Below are positions 47,102 to 50,000 of a stretch of DNA of 50,000 nucleotides, one piece after another. Made by a program: the position numbers and the translations under genes. The stretch lies in IMG/VR virus record IMGVR_UViG_3300027785_000036, positions 1-50,000 of that record, one strand, 5' to 3'. The stretch comes from a virus. Taxonomy: Duplodnaviria; Caudoviricetes. The stretch's first letter is position 1, and the number at the start of each line of letters is the position of its first letter. The notes below the pieces were generated by a model that worked only from the letters and a program-made list of their open reading frames with translations, was not told where the DNA came from and made no database searches.

Positions 47102-47176
47102 ACTTTACCTTTCGTTTGTGAAAAAAAATCAACCTCACAAGATAGCATTCAGGTTAGTAAATACTATCTAATTAGA

Positions 47177-47347
47177 CTAATCTACCTCAGATAAGAAACC
47201 TTGTAATATCTCGGCAGGCACAAATCGGAGCAATTCTTCAATCGCTGCCAAATCACCTGCCTTGACATCCGACACAACTTGAAACAAAGCAGATTGAACC
47301 AAACCTTCAAATTCATTACCACGCTCAAATACACTCAATTTATCCAT
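47177..47347 (-). CDS. 56-aa acidic hypothetical protein
   Basis: Manual translation MDKLSVF..DVKAGDLAAIEELL..LQGFLSEVD. Confidence 0.6.
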   Translation of the reverse strand: MDKLSVFERGNEFEGLVQSALFQVVSDVKAGDLAAIEELLRFVPAEILQGFLSEVD

Positions 47348-47356
47348 ATTTTTACC

Positions 47357-47515
47357 TTAGTTTGGTTGTGATTCGTTGACAAATTCAACAATATCCATCA
47401 AAATCTCGTTTTTATCTTCATCAGATAATTCCGTATCTTGTATAGAATTAACCAAATCGATAGCAAAACCCATTGCCCGTGAACGGGTCTCAAAATACAA
47501 TACATTATTACCCAT
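47357..47515 (-). CDS. 52-aa acidic hypothetical protein
   Basis: Manual translation MGNNVLYFETRSRAMGFAIDL... Confidence 0.55.
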   Translation of the reverse strand: MGNNVLYFETRSRAMGFAIDLVNSIQDTELSDEDKNEILMDIVEFVNESQPN

Positions 47516-47769
47516 TAAATATTCTCCAATTCATTTATACGATCCTTTAAATCTTGCACCTCGTCAAAATCGCCATCTTCACCAAGATAATCTAACTCAC
47601 TTTTCAAATCTTCGATAAGTGCATCAGCAGTATCATTGCAAAGCATACGATATGCGGTGGCGTCTAACTCACGCAAAATAGCAGAGCGAGAAAATACAGA
47701 ACCTGCAATTTCTACAGTTCCATCCATATCGAGCAATTCGTCCACCATTTCTTCTATCATATCACGCAT
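47515..47769 (-). CDS. highly acidic early protein
   Basis: About 25 D/E versus 7 K/R in 84 aa (hand count); GAGG SD. Confidence 0.75.
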   Translation of the reverse strand: MRDMIEEMVDELLDMDGTVEIAGSVFSRSAILRELDATAYRMLCNDTADALIEDLKSELDYLGEDGDFDEVQDLKDRINELENI

Positions 47770-47797
47770 TTTACTTTACCTCTCACTTAAAAAAACA

Positions 47798-47873
47798 ATT
47801 ATACCAGACTTTACCTAATTTGGCAACCTAATGCTTTAGTTCTCGACTTACCTGCTTGAGAACTAAAGTATTA
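47798..47873 (-). promoter_or_regulatory. sigma70 early promoter plus 16-bp-arm inverted repeat
   Basis: TTGCCA-N17-TATAAT; TAATGCTTTAGTTCTC-N13-GAGAACTAAAGTATTA. Confidence 0.85.
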
Positions 47874-47904
47874 AGTCAGTTATTACTAACCTAATACCAA
47901 CCTA

Positions 47905-48093
47905 TTAGTCAAATTCGCTACATTGAACATAATACATTGCTTCGTCATACATACAAAATACACCTTCTACCTCAAGACCGTAACCTAAAGCAGTAATATA
48001 CTTGCCTAAACTTACTACCTCAGCAGTATATCCATCAGAATAAACCCGCTCTTCCAACTCATTAAGAGATTTCATTAAGTCAATAGATAACAT
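47905..48093 (-). CDS. hypothetical acidic protein
   Basis: AAGGAG SD. Confidence 0.65.
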   Translation of the reverse strand: MLSIDLMKSLNELEERVYSDGYTAEVVSLGKYITALGYGLEVEGVFCMYDEAMYYVQCSEFD

Positions 48094-48103
48094 TTTTTAC
48101 TCC

Positions 48104-48265
48104 TTAAAAATGACCTGTAATTTCATCAGGCACAACCCCATAGATTTTATTATTGATAGAACTAACCAATTCAATATTTTCATCAGTATCATCATAAAGT
48201 TCTACTATATTCAATTGGTCATAAATTAGTTCTAATTCTGACTCGCTGAATACTAAAGTATACAT
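48104..48265 (-). CDS. 53-aa acidic hypothetical protein
   Basis: Manual translation MYTLVFSESELELIYDQLNIVELYDDTDENIEL... Confidence 0.55.
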   Translation of the reverse strand: MYTLVFSESELELIYDQLNIVELYDDTDENIELVSSINNKIYGVVPDEITGHF

Positions 48266-48305
48266 TTTTTCTTTTTCCAACTTTTACCTCACTCTTAAAA
48301 CAACC

Positions 48306-48371
48306 ATTATACACAAAATCCTAGAATTGTCAATATAAGTCAATAGTTCTCACAATTTTACCCGTAAGACT
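48306..48371 (-). promoter_or_regulatory. sigma70 early promoter with upstream box
   Basis: TTGACA-N16-TATAAT (extended -10); AGTTCTC-N13-TAAGACT. Confidence 0.75.
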
Positions 48372-48374
48372 ATA

Positions 48375-48701
48375 TTACTCATATTCTAACTCATTTACAT
48401 CAAAAGTATTCAAAAACTCAGATACGATAGAAATGTAGTTCTTTTTATCTACTTCAATATCATATGTAAGTGGAAAGTCTACATTTTTAAAGAAATGAGT
48501 ATTATCTTCTTCATTATACACTTCAAATTGAATACTATTGTTTTCAGTATAACAAGGGGTACAATATAGTATTACATCACTATCAGATTGTAAGTATAAA
48601 GTATTAACAAACACTTCAGAGTATAATGTATACTTTTGTATTACAATTTGACTTTCAGATAAACTTACTACTAAATCATTCACATATTGATAGTTAATCA
48701 T
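48375..48701 (-). CDS. hypothetical acidic protein
   Basis: 108 aa; has its own promoter. Confidence 0.7.
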   Translation of the reverse strand: MINYQYVNDLVVSLSESQIVIQKYTLYSEVFVNTLYLQSDSDVILYCTPCYTENNSIQFEVYNEEDNTHFFKNVDFPLTYDIEVDKKNYISIVSEFLNTFDVNELEYE

Positions 48702-48736
48702 ATTGTATTACTTTCTTCTGTTCTAATTAAAAGACA

Positions 48737-48764
48737 ATTATACATGAAACCAAAGAAATGGCAA
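48737..48764 (-). promoter_or_regulatory. sigma70 early promoter
   Basis: TTGCCA-N16-TATAAT. Confidence 0.75.
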
Positions 48765-48822
48765 GTAACCAAATAGTATTACAGCAGACCGGTCAAGTAT
48801 AATCCGAATTGCAAAAAAATGC

Positions 48823-48877
48823 TGTGGATAACTCTGTGAGTATGCTGTGTATAAGGCTGTGGATAACTTGTGGATAA
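48823..48877. promoter_or_regulatory. array of co-oriented DnaA boxes
   Basis: TGTGGATAA at 48823, 48858 and 48869; TGTGTATAA at 48846; degenerate copy at 48835. Confidence 0.8.
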
Positions 48878-49106
48878 GTCGCACAACTTGTCGCCAGTAT
48901 AGTGTAGTACCAAAGTCTTAGTTTGTAGGTCAGATGCCGGATTACTTCCAAAGTATTCAAAACCACACAGGATGAAAACAAAATGACTCATTGTGGGTGA
49001 CCGAGAAACAAAAGTATTCATTGCCAGAGAGGGTTTAAACCTTTTGTTTTCGGATCAAATAATACGCAGGATCCGTGTGCACCCCAGTCGCTTTCGAATA
49101 GGTACC

Positions 49107-49212
49107 ATTATACAGGTTCCGCTCCGTTTGGCAATATAAGAAAAAAGTTCACACAATGCCTCCTGGAGAACTAAAGTTTACAGTTGCCAAAACCTGTGAA
49201 ATACCCTATAAT
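49107..49212. promoter_or_regulatory. divergent sigma70 promoter pair sharing one palindromic element
   Basis: Minus: TTGCCA(49134)-N16-TATAAT; plus: TTGCCA(49184)-N17-TATAAT; AGTTCAC-N13-GAGAACT centred between them. Confidence 0.8.
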
Positions 49213-49243
49213 TCATCCATACAAACAAACAAAGGGAAACAAA

Positions 49244-49393
49244 ATGACAAAAACCAAAAGCAAAAAAACCTTAGGTGCTCTGCTTCGCAAGCGCTTAGGG
49301 TTGAAACCAACTCTCGGTGAGCTTTTCAGAGCTCGCATGGGTACGCCGAAACCAACGCTTGGTGAGCTTTTCAGAGCACGCCTGAGCGCTTAA
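49244..49393 (+). CDS. 49-aa basic peptide with three TLGxLxRxR repeats
   Basis: Start reassigned to ATG 49244, after the promoter and the AAAGGG SD. Confidence 0.7.
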   Translation: MTKTKSKKTLGALLRKRLGLKPTLGELFRARMGTPKPTLGELFRARLSA

Positions 49394-49439
49394 GGTTGAC
49401 CAGTAACCGTAAAGGTTGCTGGAGAACTAAAGTACTAGG

Positions 49440-49468
49440 TTGCCAAAACGGCAAATATCGGTTATAAT
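49440..49468 (+). promoter_or_regulatory. sigma70 early promoter with upstream GAGAACT box
   Basis: TTGCCA-N17-TATAAT. Confidence 0.8.
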
Positions 49469-49503
49469 TATCTCTTACAAACAAACAAACAAAGGAAAAA
49501 AGT

Positions 49504-49839
49504 ATGTTTACATTCGCTTGTGCTTCTATTCAGGGTCTTACACTCAACCAAAAGCGTGAAACCCTCGCCGCTTTGAAAATATCTATTAAGCAAGATATCA
49601 CCGAGAGAAAATTTGCAAGAATGCTCAACGCTGAAGCGAAGCGCCATGCTGTTGTGACCAAGCGTGAGCAGGCAATTGCGAGAGCAGAAGCACGCCTTGC
49701 TAAATTGCTTGCTAAACAGGCAGCGCCAGTAGGCGTTAAGGCGCTCAAAGCAAACCGCAAACCGAGCAAGGTTGTGACTTATGGCGCAGAAGCGAATGAA
49801 ATCGCTGCTGCTATCATGGCGAAAAAGCAAAGCGCTTAA
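49504..49839 (+). CDS. Ala/Lys-rich basic coiled-coil protein
   Basis: Own promoter, AAGGA SD and terminator. Confidence 0.75.
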   Translation: MFTFACASIQGLTLNQKRETLAALKISIKQDITERKFARMLNAEAKRHAVVTKREQAIARAEARLAKLLAKQAAPVGVKALKANRKPSKVVTYGAEANEIAAAIMAKKQSA

Positions 49840-49847
49840 CGCATCCC

Positions 49848-49874
49848 CCGAGGCGAGCAACCCCTCGGTTTTTT
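49848..49874 (+). terminator. intrinsic terminator
   Basis: CCGAGG-N9-CCTCGG-TTTTTT. Confidence 0.7.
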
Positions 49875-49966
49875 AAAGGATAGCGTAAGCAGTTAAGCCG
49901 GAGGGATCGTATCCCCGAGGTGGCGGTTGCAAAATCACCGCCAACTTTTTTATATAAGGACATTTT

Positions 49967-50000
49967 ATGATTGCGAAAATTGAAGCGGTTCTGCTGACCG
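49967..50000 (+). CDS. start of a truncated ORF (MIAKIEAVLLT...)
   Basis: AAGGA SD followed by ATG. Confidence 0.45.
   Translation, partial: MIAKIEAVLLT

Noticed and set aside
48307-48315. DnaA box TTATACACA overlapping a promoter
   Set aside because: Explained by the extended -10 sequence TGTG-TATAAT; cannot be separated from chance.
48779-49021. ORFs of 80 aa and 62 aa across the DnaA-box region
   Set aside because: No SD, and the repeated VIHS/YPQ peptides are simply translations of the DnaA boxes.
49184-49243. TTG start for the 69-aa ORF
   Set aside because: That TTG is the -35 hexamer; the real start is ATG 49244.
42558-49468. CRISPR array or LexA boxes as the explanation for the repeats
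   Set aside because: Repeats are dispersed and promoter-linked without regular spacers; the geometry does not fit CTGT-N8-ACAG, GTTC-N7-GTTC or GAAC-N4-GTTC.
1-50000. Stop-codon reassignment, introns, inteins or homing endonucleases
   Set aside because: Core genes are full length in the standard code and tightly packed; no HNH, GIY-YIG or LAGLIDADG motifs were recognised.

Overview
Window from a large AT-rich T4-like myovirus, probably infecting an aquatic Gram-negative proteobacterium (beta/alpha; inferred from the tmRNA tag and the outer-membrane protein). 1-22 kb is a late baseplate/tail module: DUF4815/VrlC-like protein, gp8, fibre, gp7, gp6, gp25, split gp5, hub, gp53 and gp48 on the minus strand; gp4, gp2, gp54, gp26, gp51 and two tape-measure-like paralogs on the plus strand. 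22-30 kb carries gp32, a flavin-dependent halogenase, gp59, gp33, a SleB hydrolase, a beta-barrel outer-membrane protein, a circularly permuted (two-piece) tmRNA, a Gly-rich adhesin-like gene and an exonuclease. 30-50 kb is an early region of many small ORFs (plus GalE-like, metallophosphoesterase, CobS/MoxR AAA, DexA-like, ATPase and DUF1281-like genes) driven by near-consensus sigma70 promoters. Main observations: (1) permuted tmRNA with tag ANDSQFALAA; (2) phased array of DnaA boxes in a non-coding strand-switch region; (3) a palindromic AGT-N21-ACT element at a fixed distance upstream of early promoters; (4) a candidate -1 frameshift fusing gp26 to gp51; (5) five paralogs with a conserved scaffold and variable inserts; (6) a triple-repeat peptide resembling the ribosomal protein S1 C-terminal helix. 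All product calls come from motif recognition by eye; no database searches were run.
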